Shown piece by piece: positions 18,352-31,236 of a stretch of 64,000 bases of DNA (the first letter of the stretch is position 1; the number at the start of each line of letters is the position of its first letter). The stretch is from the IMG/VR virus record IMGVR_UViG_2825563536_000001, positions 1 to 64,000 of that record, one strand, 5' to 3'. Both the position numbers and the translations under genes were made by a program. The notes beneath the pieces are model-generated. The model did not search any database, had not been told where the DNA came from, and worked only from the letters and a program-made list of their open reading frames with translations. This stretch comes from a virus. Lineage: Duplodnaviria > Caudoviricetes.

Positions 18352-18522
18352 CTTCCGCCCCCTCGTCCCATTGCTTTCCTGTGATGTCCTTGTGCAGCAC
18401 CCCGTGTCCGGGCGGGTGTACGCAGTCGAGCAGCCACGCCCCGGACTCGCGCTGCACCTCGCGGCGGGCCGTGCAGACCTTCGTCTTCGGCGGCCCGCTC
18501 AGCGACGGGTGGTCAGCGGCGC

Positions 18523-18738
18523 TCACTTACCGGCAGCCGCCAGCCAGCGGAACAGGGCGTCACGCACCTCGGGGGACAGCTCGGCCGCCGACGGGAACGT
18601 CGTGTTGTCGGTGAAGTGCTCCTTCGGCCGCGCGACCTCGATCGACCAGCCATATTCGCTGTCGAAGTTCATGGCGGTCACGGCGTAGTCGCCGCTGCTC
18701 TCGGGGGAGTCGACGCTGTCGGGAACGGAGGTAAGCAT
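18523..18738 (-). CDS. Hypothetical protein
   Basis: GAAAGG RBS preceded by CCCCTACC. Confidence 0.55.
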   Translation of the reverse strand: MLTSVPDSVDSPESSGDYAVTAMNFDSEYGWSIEVARPKEHFTDNTTFPSAAELSPEVRDALFRWLAAAGK

Positions 18739-18772
18739 GAGGAGCTGAGGGCCTTTCGAGGGGGTAGGGGGT

Positions 18773-19186
18773 TTACGCCGCGGCGCGGGCGCGGTCCTTC
18801 GACGCTGCCCGACCTGCGGAAAGACACGCCTTGCAGGCACGGGAGATGCGTCCGTGGTGGATGGACCAGCGGGTGTTCTCGGGGGTGAAATCGTGGTCGC
18901 GGCCGCACTTCTTCTTGCGAAGCTTGCTGCGGTCGAAGCCGATCGGGTAGCCGTCGGCGTCGAGTTCGATCTGGTGCTTCTCGGACATGGGCTGGCCGAA
19001 CTTCACGCCGCCCCAGACGCCGTCCTCTTCGCCGCGTTCGGTCGCGTCGGTGAGGCACTGGCGGCGAAGGCTGCACCCCTCGCACACGGCCTGGGCCTTG
19101 TCGAACTTCTTGTGATCGGTCGCGGCGGGGAAGAACAGTTCGGGGTCTTCGTTACGGCAGGGGGCGGGGCTGCTCACGGGGTCCAA
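18773..19186 (-). CDS. whiB: WhiB-family transcription factor with C-terminal Zn finger
   Basis: C..EDPELFF...CEGC...C...GVWGG; CGRDH.FTPENT...CKAC. Confidence 0.85.
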   Translation of the reverse strand: MDPVSSPAPCRNEDPELFFPAATDHKKFDKAQAVCEGCSLRRQCLTDATERGEEDGVWGGVKFGQPMSEKHQIELDADGYPIGFDRSKLRKKKCGRDHDFTPENTRWSIHHGRISRACKACLSAGRAASKDRARAAA

Positions 19187-19374
19187 TCGGGTTGCGGTGG
19201 CCTACTTCACGCGCCGGTATCCGTGTCGGGCGCTGGCAGTGCGCCGGGTTCGGGCCGGGTCGGGTGCCCACATCGGGGGCTGGTGTCGGGGCTTGCTGGC
19301 CTGGGTGTACTGCTCGACGATCTGGTTGAACCGCTCCATCGCGGCACGCATGTCGCGGGTCGCCTGCGCGAGGC

Positions 19375-19626
19375 TCACGTCGCGGCCGCCGCTGCGGCGC
19401 GGTTGCGTTCCTCGATCGCGTTCCGCAGGTACACCGCGAGGTCAAGCACTTCCTCGTACGCGTCGAGCAGGCTGTCGCGGCCGTTTCCGGGCTGCAGGGT
19501 CGTCCCGTACTTGCCGAGGCCGAACTCCTTGCGCTGCTGCAGGTCGACGCTCACGAGGTCGTGCGCGGACGGCCCATCGTTCGCGACCGGCGCCGGCAGG
19601 TTGTTCAGGCCGTGCAGGGCGCTCAC
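19375..19626 (-). CDS. Conserved small phage protein
   Basis: GLGKYGTTL...DAYEEVLDLAVYL motif. Confidence 0.65.
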   Translation of the reverse strand: MSALHGLNNLPAPVANDGPSAHDLVSVDLQQRKEFGLGKYGTTLQPGNGRDSLLDAYEEVLDLAVYLRNAIEERNRAAAAAAT

Positions 19627-20252
19627 GCGGCGACCGGCTTCGGCAGCGGGGTCGGGATGTGCACGTCGTACATCTCGAAGATGCGGCGATGGTTCGGGCC
19701 GACCCAGCCCTCGGGCTTGATGTTCTTACCGTCGGCGCGGTAGATCGGCTTCCCGTCGGGGCCGAGCTTGCGCATGTTCGCGGCGTGCACCTCGTCGAAC
19801 AGGGCCTTGAACGGCGGCAGGCCGAGGTCGCGTGCAGCGAACCGCACCTCGACGAGCAGCCGGTTCAGCCACTCCTCGATCTGCGCCATGAGCTTGAGCG
19901 CGTCGGGCTGGCCGGGGAACACCCGGCGGGACAGGAACTCGTGCTCGGCGTACAGGTACGGGCGCATCGCGCCGCCGAGGCCGACGATTTCGGTCGCGTA
20001 GCCGCGCGGGTTGTAGCGCAGGCCGTACGCGTGCAGGGTGCCGTGCGCGATGTATGCGGTGTCCACGAGGCCGTCGGCGACCTCGAGCACGTCGCTCAGG
20101 GCGGCGGCGTCGATCGTCTCGTCGAACTCTTCCTGCAGCAGCTTGACGCGCAGCTTGCGCAGCTTGAGCGTCGGCATCGTGAGGTCCGTGTGGATGGGAT
20201 GCCCGAATACTCGGGCGTACTCGCCGACCGCGTCGTGTTCGCGGATGGTCAT
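19623..20252 (-). CDS. MazG/PRA-PH-like nucleotide pyrophosphohydrolase
   Basis: EEFDE..EVADGLVD, EVHAANMRK..DGK.IYRADGK..KPEGW. Confidence 0.8.
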   Translation of the reverse strand: MTIREHDAVGEYARVFGHPIHTDLTMPTLKLRKLRVKLLQEEFDETIDAAALSDVLEVADGLVDTAYIAHGTLHAYGLRYNPRGYATEIVGLGGAMRPYLYAEHEFLSRRVFPGQPDALKLMAQIEEWLNRLLVEVRFAARDLGLPPFKALFDEVHAANMRKLGPDGKPIYRADGKNIKPEGWVGPNHRRIFEMYDVHIPTPLPKPVAA

Positions 20253-20863
20253 GCGGTGAAGTCCTTTTCGCGCTCGTGGATCATGCTGTAGACGGTGTCG
20301 AGGGGGACTGGTTTCAGGCCCCAGGCGTCGGGGCCGATGTGCAGGCTCCGGGCGGCTGTCCAGTGCTGGTCGGTGTGGATGTGCCCGTGCAGTAGCCAGT
20401 CGTCGCCGTTGTCGTGCAGGCGTGTCTCGGGGTACCGGTCTTCGGTGCTGTAGCGGTCGCCGTCGCCCCGGTACGGGAAGTGCGACAGCCACAGCCGAAC
20501 GCCCTTCATGCCGGGGATGCGTAGGCTCGCAGCGGTCGTCACGGACGCGAAGACGTTGGTGAACAGGGGGAGCCGTTCGAGGGCGTCCCGGTTCCGCGGG
20601 TGCGGGGTGTCGTGGTTGCCGAGGATGTAGTCGATGCGGAAGAACTCGGTGAGCGGCGCGATCTTCTTGAGCGCGAGGGCTTCCTGGCGGTGTGTGCCGC
20701 TGCTGAGGTCGCCGCAGATGATGAGTCGGTCGCCGAGGCTGAGCGTGTTCGCGATGCCCGAGAGGATAGCGAGGTCGTGCGCCTCGACGGTCGGGAAACC
20801 GCGGTGGACGGTCGCGACGGTCCGATGCCCGAGGTGGAGATCGGAGGTCACGTAGTCGGCCAC
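20249..20863 (-). CDS. Calcineurin-like metallophosphoesterase
   Basis: SDLHLGH, GD, GNHD, SHFP and HGHIH motifs. Confidence 0.9.
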   Translation of the reverse strand: MADYVTSDLHLGHRTVATVHRGFPTVEAHDLAILSGIANTLSLGDRLIICGDLSSGTHRQEALALKKIAPLTEFFRIDYILGNHDTPHPRNRDALERLPLFTNVFASVTTAASLRIPGMKGVRLWLSHFPYRGDGDRYSTEDRYPETRLHDNGDDWLLHGHIHTDQHWTAARSLHIGPDAWGLKPVPLDTVYSMIHEREKDFTA

Positions 20864-21500
20864 GCGGTTCCCCTTTCGTCGTGATTCGGTGGGGCGAACT
20901 TCCCCGTTACGCAAGAGGTTACGCGATGTTGCGCGGTAACAATGCGCATTCTGGGGTGAACTCCGTCACACTCGCCGCTCGAGTCCTGCAGCCAGACTCT
21001 CGATGCGGTAAACGAACTCGTCCCACGACTCGCCCGGCCGCACCCCCTCCCGCGCCGCCTCCTGCAGGGCAGCCCGACGAGCGCGCATATACCGCTGGTG
21101 CCGGGCCTGCGCCCGCTGCACACGAGCGAGCGCACGAAACCGCTTCCACGCCTTCCACCTGCGCACCACTACAGATCAACCTTCACGAGGTCGAGCACCA
21201 CCGAACTGCGGCCCCGTGCACCACCGCTGCTCAGCTGCGCCTGTGCCAACTTCCAGTAGTGGCCGTTCCCGTCCGGGCCGAACACGCTCGGCGCGATACC
21301 GGGGCCGACCGCGGCGGGCAACAGCTTCGTCATGGGCAGGGCCATCTCGCGGGCCGCCTGCCTACGCAGGTCGCGCGCTTCGGTACGCATCGTTTCGGGG
21401 CCGATGCTGCCCGCGAAGTGCGTCGCCGCATAGTTCGCGACTTCCTCGAGGGCGTCGGCGACCCGCAGGCGCTTCTGAGTGTTCGCGTCGGGGGTGTCGC

Positions 21501-21800
21501 TCACTCGGCCCCCTTCCGGCGCCCGTACAGCTCGGGCAGCACGTAGAAGCGGAACGTGAAGTACCAGACGAACCCGCCGCCGTAGACCATCCCGCCGATC
21601 CAGTGCAGCAGCGTCGACTCATCGTTACTGCCGCGCAGCAGCATCGCCGCGAAGATCGCCAAGGCGAGAACGAACGCGCTGCGCGGGTTCGGCTCCCAGC
21701 ACGCGCGACCGATCTTCTTGGCGCGCTCACGGGTACGGCCCCACAGCTCGGCGAGGGCGGGGCGCCGCGTCCACCACCACTGCCGTAGCCGCGCCCTCAC
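21501..21800 (-). CDS. Membrane protein
   Basis: Two hydrophobic segments. Confidence 0.6.
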   Translation of the reverse strand: MRARLRQWWWTRRPALAELWGRTRERAKKIGRACWEPNPRSAFVLALAIFAAMLLRGSNDESTLLHWIGGMVYGGGFVWYFTFRFYVLPELYGRRKGAE

Positions 21801-22597
21801 GCCGCCACCTGCGCGGCCGCGGACTTCTCCGACGCGATGATCAGGCGCGCGAGGCGGTCGAGGCGCGACTCCGTCGACAGCGGCAGGCGCTTCGTGTACG
21901 CGTCCGTGTGCTGCCCGCCGGCGAGGTAGCCGATCAGGCCGCCGACCGCGTCAGCCCACTGGACCAGCGTGTACGGGCCTTCCTGCTGCCAGTCGCCCGT
22001 GCGGATGCGGCGCAACACGTCGTTGCCCCACACCTCGAGGTCGTCGGCGGCTGCGTACGTGAGCAGGTCGGCGAGGGGGCGCAGCGGCGACCGGGCCGGG
22101 CACGCGGCGATCGCGTCGGCCGGGTTCACGACCTCGAATACCGGCAGCGTGGGCCACTCGCCATGCTGCCCGGCGATGCCCCAGCCCTTCGCGACGCCGT
22201 CGATGCTGTCACCCAGCGCGCGCAGAGGATTCGCGACGAGACCAGCGAACGCGGGCACCGGCACCTCACCCTTCGCGGCGAGTTCGAGGTACCGCGAGGC
22301 GACCATCGAGCCGAGGCTGTAGCCGACGAGGCCGAACCGTTCGCCGGTCGCGTCGCAGTACCGGGCGAAGACGGACAGCTCCCTGATGCCAGCCTCGATC
22401 GACTCGGCCATGCTGACCTTGCCGAGGACGTTGTTCTCGGCGTTCGCGGGGCCGATCGCGGCCGGGTAGTTGACGCCGACGCAGTCCATGCCGGCGGCGG
22501 TGAGCTTCGCTGCGACACCGGAGAGCAGACCGTGCACCTCACTGGTCGCGTCGGGCGCCTTCTCCGAGGTGCCGCGGAGGAAGAAAACGAGTGTCAA
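21797..22597 (-). CDS. Cutinase/PE-PPE-like alpha/beta hydrolase (LysB-like)
   Basis: LRGTSE, VNYPA, GYSLG nucleophile, ANPLR, D.I.ACP, H. Confidence 0.8.
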   Translation of the reverse strand: MTLVFFLRGTSEKAPDATSEVHGLLSGVAAKLTAAGMDCVGVNYPAAIGPANAENNVLGKVSMAESIEAGIRELSVFARYCDATGERFGLVGYSLGSMVASRYLELAAKGEVPVPAFAGLVANPLRALGDSIDGVAKGWGIAGQHGEWPTLPVFEVVNPADAIAACPARSPLRPLADLLTYAAADDLEVWGNDVLRRIRTGDWQQEGPYTLVQWADAVGGLIGYLAGGQHTDAYTKRLPLSTESRLDRLARLIIASEKSAAAQVAA

Positions 22598-23571
22598 GCT
22601 GGGAGAACCTTACAGACGGGCCGCCACACGATGAACGCGCCGACGACGAGAAGGGTGATGCAGAGAATCAGGCCGCCGGTCATGCGCCTGCTGCGGGGGA
22701 GCCGCTGAGCAGGCCCTCGGTGACGAGCTTGCCGAACTTCGCGGCGGCTTCCTCGAGGGTCTGGTCGATCGAGGCGGCCTGGTTCGCGGGGTCGATCAGG
22801 CTGACGAGGCGGGCGAGCTGGTCGCCGATGTAGAGAGCTGCGTGCACCGATGCGGCGATCGGGTCGCCGGAGATGGTCGCGACAGCAGCGGCGCGGTGGT
22901 CAGTGTTCTCCATCTGGAATCTCCTGGGGGGCTTCGGATGTGATGCTCGCGAGTTGCATGTCGAGCAGGGACAGGGGCTGGATGCCGAGGCGTTCGGGGT
23001 CGGTCTCCCCGGCGAGGGCGGCGAGGACGTGCCCGAAGTGCATGAGGGTGACGTCGGCGCGCATCTGCGGTGTCTGGTTGCGGGGGATCGTGCCGATTGC
23101 CGCGGCGAGCTGTTCGGCCTTGTGGTTGAGGACGATTGCGGCGACCTTGTTTCGACGTTCGGGGCCGTCGATCATTCGGTTCTCCTGTGCGGTCGGTGCG
23201 TTCGGGACCAGGCCCGGAACTCGTGGAAGGTCAGGTCGACGCAGGTTGCGAGGGCGGTGTTTCGGCTGTCGGGGACCACGCGGGCCTTCGTCGTGAAGGT
23301 GTCGCCGCACGGGCAGGTGTGCGACGTTTCGAGTACCTGCCCGAGCTTGTCGGCGAGCAGCCCGGTCACGGGCAGTCTCACTCGCGGGTTTCCCGGCCGT
23401 CGAGGCTGTGATGCGAGACGAGCCACCCCATCGAGCCGTCCGGGCGCGGCACCGGCGACGTCGTCGGCCCGCACAGGCAGTCGTCCGAGGTGTCGTGCTC
23501 CACGAGGTCGTTCACCGGCGTGACGTGCACTTCATCGGACGGTTCGTCGTAGCCTGCGACCCAGCGGGCGC

Positions 23572-24009
23572 TCACCCGCCGACCGCGACGTCGTCGAGGC
23601 CGTACGCCCGGTCCGGCCGCCACGCGATCAGCACGCCAGTCTTCTCGCCCAGCTCTGCGATCCGCTTCCGCACGTCGAGGTGCGTCACCTGCGAGTCCGC
23701 GTCATACGCGTGCCCGTCGATGCCGTCGAGCACCGCGCGCGTCAGCTTGTCGAGGTCGGGCCGCTTCACCGCGGGCGGCGTCGGCCGCGTCTTCGGGGTT
23801 GCCTGCGGGCGCGGCATGACGAACCGCAGCGTGACCGACACCGGGCCGGGGAGCGGCGCCGAGTGCAGGGCCGCAACCTTCGCGATCGCGGCCCTGAACG
23901 GCTTCACGCCCTTCGACGACTCGGCGAGCACCGGCTTGCCCTTGCGCATCCCCTTGAACGACTTCGACCCCTGCGGGGCGGGCCGGGACGGGACGAAGAA
24001 CTCGGGCAA
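23572..24009 (-). CDS. rusA: RusA-like Holliday junction resolvase
   Basis: PAPQGSK and PDLDKLTRAVLDG...DADSQV. Confidence 0.9.
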   Translation of the reverse strand: MPEFFVPSRPAPQGSKSFKGMRKGKPVLAESSKGVKPFRAAIAKVAALHSAPLPGPVSVTLRFVMPRPQATPKTRPTPPAVKRPDLDKLTRAVLDGIDGHAYDADSQVTHLDVRKRIAELGEKTGVLIAWRPDRAYGLDDVAVGG

Positions 24010-25248
24010 CTAGGTGCCCTTCACGTTCATCAGCTGCCGCAGCTCGTGCAGCACCTCGACGAGCGGCGCCGAGTCAGCGATCACGACGTCGATGTCCTTG
24101 TACGCGTCAGGGATTTCGTCGATCCACGCCTCACCGTGCCGGTACTCGATGCCCTTCATGCGGTCGGCGAGGTCGGCCTCGGTGAACCGGCGCTTCGCCT
24201 CCGCGCGGGAGAACACGCGACCGGCACCGTGTGGCGCCGAGTTCAGGGACGCCTTGTTGCCCTTGCCGCGCACGATGTACGACTTGGTGCCCATCGAGCC
24301 GGGGATCAGGCCGAGCTTGCCCGCTCGGGCGTCGATCGCGCCCTTCCGGGTCAGGTAGGTGTGCTGGCTGTCGTCGCCGACGAGGAACGTCGACTCGGTG
24401 TAGTTGTGGTGCGCGTTGATTCGCTCCACCTCGACGTCGAAGCGGTCGACGCCGAGCCATTCGGCGAACACGGTGACGTACCGGTCCATCATCTCGTCAC
24501 GGTTGTACGCGGCGAACAGCTGCGCCCAGTTCAGGGCGCGCAGGTAGGCGTCGAACTTGGGGGTGTTCTCGACAAGGAACGCGTGGTCCTTGTGCTCGAG
24601 CTGCACGCCGGCGGCCGCGCACTGCTCCTGTGCCGCACGGATGAAGTGCTGCGCGATCTTGTTGCCGACGCCGCGGGAACCGGAGTGCAGGAACAGCCAC
24701 ACGTGGTCGCGTTCGTCGAGGCACAGTTCGATGAAGTGGTTTCCGCCGCCGAGGCTGCCCAGCTGCTCGCGCCACTTCGGGGAGTGTGACAGGTCGACGC
24801 CGAGGTTCCGGGCGAGCCGGTCGAGCTGCGCGATGCGGCCCGCGGTGTGCGCGAACCGGGTCGTGTCGGCGTTGTAGTTGCCGGGCGACAGGGGGATCGC
24901 GGCCTCGATCGCTTCGCGCAGGTCGGCGAGCGTGCACGCCTTGCCCATGCGGACGGGCTGCTCGTAGCCACGAGCCTGCACCGTGTACGTCTCGGCGTTG
25001 CGGTCCAGATCGGCCTTCGTGTAGCGGGTTTCGACGGCGATCATGCCGCAGCCGATGTCGACACCGACCGCGGCCGGGATCACGGCGCCGCGGGTCGGAA
25101 TCACGGTGCCGACGCTGCTGCCCTTGCCGACGTGCGCGTCGGGCATGAGGGCGACGTGCGGGTGCACGAACGGGAGGCGGGCGAGGGCTTCGGCCTGCTC
25201 CATCGCCTTTGGGTCGAGGATTGATGCGAACGAAACGACTTCGGTCAC
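24010..25248 (-). CDS. rtcB: RtcB-family RNA ligase
   Basis: MPDAHVGKG, VGVDIGCG, GSLGGGNHF, HSGSRG, HHNY, RKGA, PHGAGR. Confidence 0.95.
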   Translation of the reverse strand: MTEVVSFASILDPKAMEQAEALARLPFVHPHVALMPDAHVGKGSSVGTVIPTRGAVIPAAVGVDIGCGMIAVETRYTKADLDRNAETYTVQARGYEQPVRMGKACTLADLREAIEAAIPLSPGNYNADTTRFAHTAGRIAQLDRLARNLGVDLSHSPKWREQLGSLGGGNHFIELCLDERDHVWLFLHSGSRGVGNKIAQHFIRAAQEQCAAAGVQLEHKDHAFLVENTPKFDAYLRALNWAQLFAAYNRDEMMDRYVTVFAEWLGVDRFDVEVERINAHHNYTESTFLVGDDSQHTYLTRKGAIDARAGKLGLIPGSMGTKSYIVRGKGNKASLNSAPHGAGRVFSRAEAKRRFTEADLADRMKGIEYRHGEAWIDEIPDAYKDIDVVIADSAPLVEVLHELRQLMNVKGT

Positions 25249-25641
25249 GGGCGGTGCTCCTTCGGGTCGATCACGCCGACGACGACGGGCGGGCCGTCGA
25301 CGGGGATGCGGATACACACGACCTTCGCGTCGTGCTTGCGGGCGTAGTTGACGGCAGGCACCTCGCGAGTGAAGGTGCGTCGGCGGTTGTCGCGGGCGGT
25401 GCCGCCCATGTCGAGTTCGACGGCGTCGCCGGTCTGCCGGTACAGGACGTAAAGGTCTGTGGCGCTCACGGTTCCAACTCCACTTCGGTATCCGGGGGCA
25501 GGATCAGGTTCTCGACGCCGCGCGCGGTACGGCAGCGCAGCCGCACATGCGACGCCTTCACGTCGACGTCCAGCAGCATGTAGATGCGGCGTTCGTGCCG
25601 AATCGTCTTGCCCGCCTGGTTGTATCGGAGGTCTTTCGCCT

Positions 25642-26223
25642 TCACGCCGCGGCTCCCGTCTTGCCGGTCCGAACGCAGTTGATGCAGTTCCCGGCGCTGT
25701 GGTGCCGCACCTGGCCGTGCTTCCGGCCCATCGCGCGGCCGCAGGTGCCGCAGGTCTCGGGTACCGGCGTGCGGAGCGGGCGCAGGCTGCCGGTGCGGCG
25801 CGCGGTGCTGTAGCAGCCCCGGCAGAGCGGCGAGTTCGGGGTCGCGCGGTGCACCGAGTCGATACCGACGACGTTCTCGTCCTCTTCGGTGCGGAACGGG
25901 CGCGTGCACACGGCGCAGGCCGACGTCGTCGCGGTCGGTGCGTCGCCGTCGGGGTAGGCGAGCGCGGTGAGCGCCTGGTGGGTCTCTGCGTCACCGCGGC
26001 ACTGGATGCCCGCCCAGATGCCGCCCGAGGCGACGATGGGGTGCGTAACGGGGTCGGCGTAGAGCAGGGTGCCAGCGGAGAGGGCTTCGCGTGCACACTC
26101 GTCGATCGGGCGGGGGCAGCTGGTGTGGCACGCGTTGCGCGCCCACGTTGCGCCGAGCCAGGTTTCGGCTTCTCCGGGCTGTGTGTAGCGGTTCGGGTGC
26201 TGCTGGCAAGGGGTCAGTGTCAC
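25642..26223 (-). CDS. Divergent WhiB-like protein with Zn fingers
   Basis: C...CHTSC...C...GIWAG followed by CxxC pairs. Confidence 0.65.
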   Translation of the reverse strand: MTLTPCQQHPNRYTQPGEAETWLGATWARNACHTSCPRPIDECAREALSAGTLLYADPVTHPIVASGGIWAGIQCRGDAETHQALTALAYPDGDAPTATTSACAVCTRPFRTEEDENVVGIDSVHRATPNSPLCRGCYSTARRTGSLRPLRTPVPETCGTCGRAMGRKHGQVRHHSAGNCINCVRTGKTGAAA

Positions 26224-26404
26224 GGGGGCTTCTGTGGGGAGGGGCGTACGCGGTATGTGATGTCCGGTCGAGTATCCGTTACGCGTACCGGGTTCGTCAA
26301 TCTGCGTACATGTGCGTAACATGCGTACCGCGGGGGCGACCCGGAAAACAGGCCGACGACCCGCTCCCATGCGTCTCACGTTTTGACCCACAAAGGACAC
26401 CCGA

Positions 26405-27079
26405 ATGACACCCGCACCGAAGGCCAACGTCGCCGGCGGGGGCACGCGCAGGCTGATCAAGGCCGCGCAGACCCTCGCCCGCCGACACGACTACCTGCTC
26501 AAGTGGATCGAGAAGCAAGGCCCCGGCCCCGCGAAGACCAGCAACGAGCGGATGCAGCGCGCCGAGGCGGCCGCCCTCGAGGAGGTGCTCGCGTACTTCC
26601 GCGACACGAACCTCGCACCGAACATCGGGTTCAAGGCCCGGTATCGCGCGTACCGGCACACGCTGCCCCGACGCGAGCACCAGCCTGATTTCGTGCCGTC
26701 GACCGGGCATAAGGGCGTCCTCGAGGACCACCAGTTGTTCGAGTCGGTGCTCGGGCTGAGCGGTGAGCTGATCTACGTGTGCACCTGCAGCAAGTGGTCG
26801 GGCGCCGACCTTGCCGCGCACCAGCTGGCCGAGCTGACGGATGCCGGGTACGTGGTTGCGGCGATCCCGGATGCGGACAACCCGAGTCCGGCGCTGTGGG
26901 AGACGGCTTACAACGTGCAGGACGACCTGTCGCGGGTGCCGTCGAAGGACACGCTGCGGATCGCGACGGAGATTGTCGACGTGTACTTGAACGGGCAGGA
27001 CCATGAGACGGTGCACGTGCTCGGGCATGATGCCGCGGTCGCGAAGTGGAAGGCTGCGGCGAAGAGGGCTGCAGCATGA
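26405..27079 (+). CDS. Hypothetical protein, first gene of the rightward operon
   Basis: AAAGGA RBS; followed by coupled small ORFs to 31784. Confidence 0.7.
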   Translation: MTPAPKANVAGGGTRRLIKAAQTLARRHDYLLKWIEKQGPGPAKTSNERMQRAEAAALEEVLAYFRDTNLAPNIGFKARYRAYRHTLPRREHQPDFVPSTGHKGVLEDHQLFESVLGLSGELIYVCTCSKWSGADLAAHQLAELTDAGYVVAAIPDADNPSPALWETAYNVQDDLSRVPSKDTLRIATEIVDVYLNGQDHETVHVLGHDAAVAKWKAAAKRAAA

Positions 27080-27861
27080 GCGCCGTCGACATCATCGCCT
27101 CGCATCAGTACAAGCCTGACGGGCAGCTGCTCGGCACGCGGTGCACCCACATCGAATGCGACTGGTTCGTCCCCGCGAGCACGCCCTTCACGGACATGCT
27201 GACGAGCTACGGCGAGCACGTCGAGGCTGCGCTCAGCTCCGCGGGCCACGTGATCGTCGAGCTGCCCGAGGTGGCACGGTCTGCGCGGTACGACGCTGAG
27301 GTGTCGATCGAGGGGCCGGGCCTGGATGGGGCGCACGAGCTGACCGACGACCCCCGCACCACCAGCGAGCGACGGAAGGCGGGGGCATGACCTCGACTGT
27401 CAGCAGCAACACGGACGTGAACTACTGGGTGGATGCGAAGTTCGGCCGGTACCTGGTCGGCAACGACAAGGACAGGGCGATCAGATACCGCGACAAGTTC
27501 CAGCCTGACGGCGTCGTGCGGAAGACGACTGTCGTCACGACCTGCGTCAGCGAGGTTGTCGCGTGAGCGGCAGCGTCTACGAGTTCCGGTGCAGGCAGGT
27601 GTTCAACGTGTTCGGTGCGCCCGGCATCCCGAACACCTATGAGGCGTGCCTGTACCGGGACGGCCGCCGCATCAAGCGGGTGACGTCGTGGCGTCGGCGG
27701 AAGGTCGAGCAGCAGTGCATCGTGTGGCGCGACCTGTACGACGCCGTGCCGAAGGGCGACGCCCCGAAGCCGCGGCCGAAGGTGAACGGGCCGTGCGGGC
27801 GTGGTGTGTGCGCTGCACCGGCCGGGCACGCCGGTAACTGCGACGAAGCGAGCGGCTGGGC

Positions 27862-28080
27862 ATGAGCCTCGTCTACATCCGCACCGCGTACGCCGTGCCT
27901 GCTAAACGCGGCCGCCGCATCCGCTACACCGGCGACACCACCCCTCGCACCGGCACGATCGTCGCCGCCGCCGGGCAGTACCTCCGCGTCCGCTTCGACG
28001 ACGAGCCGCGACGCATCCACTCACTCCACCCGACCTGGAAAGTCGAATACCTCGAGGAGACCCCCGATGAGCAGGCGTGA
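27862..28080 (+). CDS. Conserved small phage protein
   Basis: YIRTAYAVPAKRGRRI...HPTWKVEY motif. Confidence 0.65.
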   Translation: MSLVYIRTAYAVPAKRGRRIRYTGDTTPRTGTIVAAAGQYLRVRFDDEPRRIHSLHPTWKVEYLEETPDEQA

Positions 28081-28660
28081 ACACACGTTCTGGCTGGCCC
28101 TGATCGGCGCAACGCTGATCCTCGCAATCACGCTGTGGGCGGCGTTCGGATGAGCCGCCGCGACACCGCAGTCGACGCCGCGGCCGCGTACACGTACGAC
28201 GCCGCCGTCGGCAGCATCGACCGGTTCCCGCCGTGGCCCGAGCTGACCGAGGGCGAACGCGATGTGTGGCGCAACGAGATTGCGCCGATTGTCGACGTCG
28301 TGCTCGCCTCGATCGGCGACGCCGCAGCTGCTGCCGCGTGAGCGGGTACACGCCGTGGCACCCGTCGATGCAAACCGACGAAGCCCGAGCGGCAGTGCAG
28401 GAGTGGGCGGCCCGCGCCACCTTCCACGACCCGCACGACCCCGAGATGCTGATGTGCCTCGACAAGGGCGACATTGTGTCCCGCTACCTGCTGCTCCTGC
28501 ACCAGCGTGACCACGAGCGGCGCAGCACTGCCGAGCATCACGCCGCCGAGCTGCGGCGCCTGCGCGAGACGGTCGCGGCCGCGGGGCGGTGGTGGGACCA
28601 CTGCCGCAGCCTGCGCCGGCGCGGACGCAAGACAGCCAACCTGACTGACATGGAGACGAA

Positions 28661-30460
<1,800 letters not shown>

Positions 30461-30461
<1 letters not shown>

Positions 30462-30814
30462 TGGATCAGCAGGAGCGAATCGAGGTTCGGGCGCAGGCGC
30501 GTCGGGAGGCGTTCGAGGAAGCCGCGCAGGTGCTGCGGCAGGAAGCTCGGGAGCAGTGGGAGCGGGACGCGGGCAGGGCGCCGGGCGCGCAGCTGATCGC
30601 GCAGCGCATGGACGTCGTGGAGAAGGTGCTGCTGTCGTTCGCGGGCGCCGAACCCGGCGAGCGGAAGCGGGCCACCGATGCTGCTGCGCTGGACCGGATC
30701 GCGGAGGTGATCGCGCTCGACGAGGACGGCACGTGGTGCGACCACGACGGCATCCTCGAGTCAGTCGGGAACGCGGTGCGCGCGACCGGCCGCACGATCG
30801 AGAACTGGGAGTGA
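30461..30814 (+). CDS. Hypothetical protein
   Basis: Coupled ORF. Confidence 0.6.
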
Positions 30815-30816
30815 GC

Positions 30817-31236
30817 ATGGCGGGCAAAGTGATCGACTGGCAGCGCAATGAGTTCGGGTTCGCGCCCGCCGAGCCGATCTGGAAGAACTTGTTCGTCGAC
30901 GACGACCGGCCCGCCCCGGAAGGCTGGATGCTGTTCGGCACGGCCGAGGAAGCGATCGGCGGTCTCGAATCCCTCCGCGGCCGCGGCGAGACGGTGCACC
31001 GGCTGTCCCTCGACTTCGACCTCGGGGTCCGGGGCGGTACGACCCTGCCGGTGCTGGAATGGATGCGCGACAACGCGTTCTGGCCGCGCGAGCTGTACGT
31101 GCACACCGCGAGCTACGACGGCGAGGCGCTGCTACTCGAAATCATCCGGGAGGACGCGCCGGCGGGCACGCTCCGCGGGTGGGGCTGCAACTACTGGGGC
31201 ACCGGCCCCGACTCCGTCGAGAGGAATCACCCGTGA
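30817..31236 (+). CDS. Cyclic-phosphate-processing receiver domain protein
   Basis: LFVDDDRPAPEGW, SLDFDLG, VHTAS motifs. Confidence 0.75.
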   Translation: MAGKVIDWQRNEFGFAPAEPIWKNLFVDDDRPAPEGWMLFGTAEEAIGGLESLRGRGETVHRLSLDFDLGVRGGTTLPVLEWMRDNAFWPRELYVHTASYDGEALLLEIIREDAPAGTLRGWGCNYWGTGPDSVERNHP

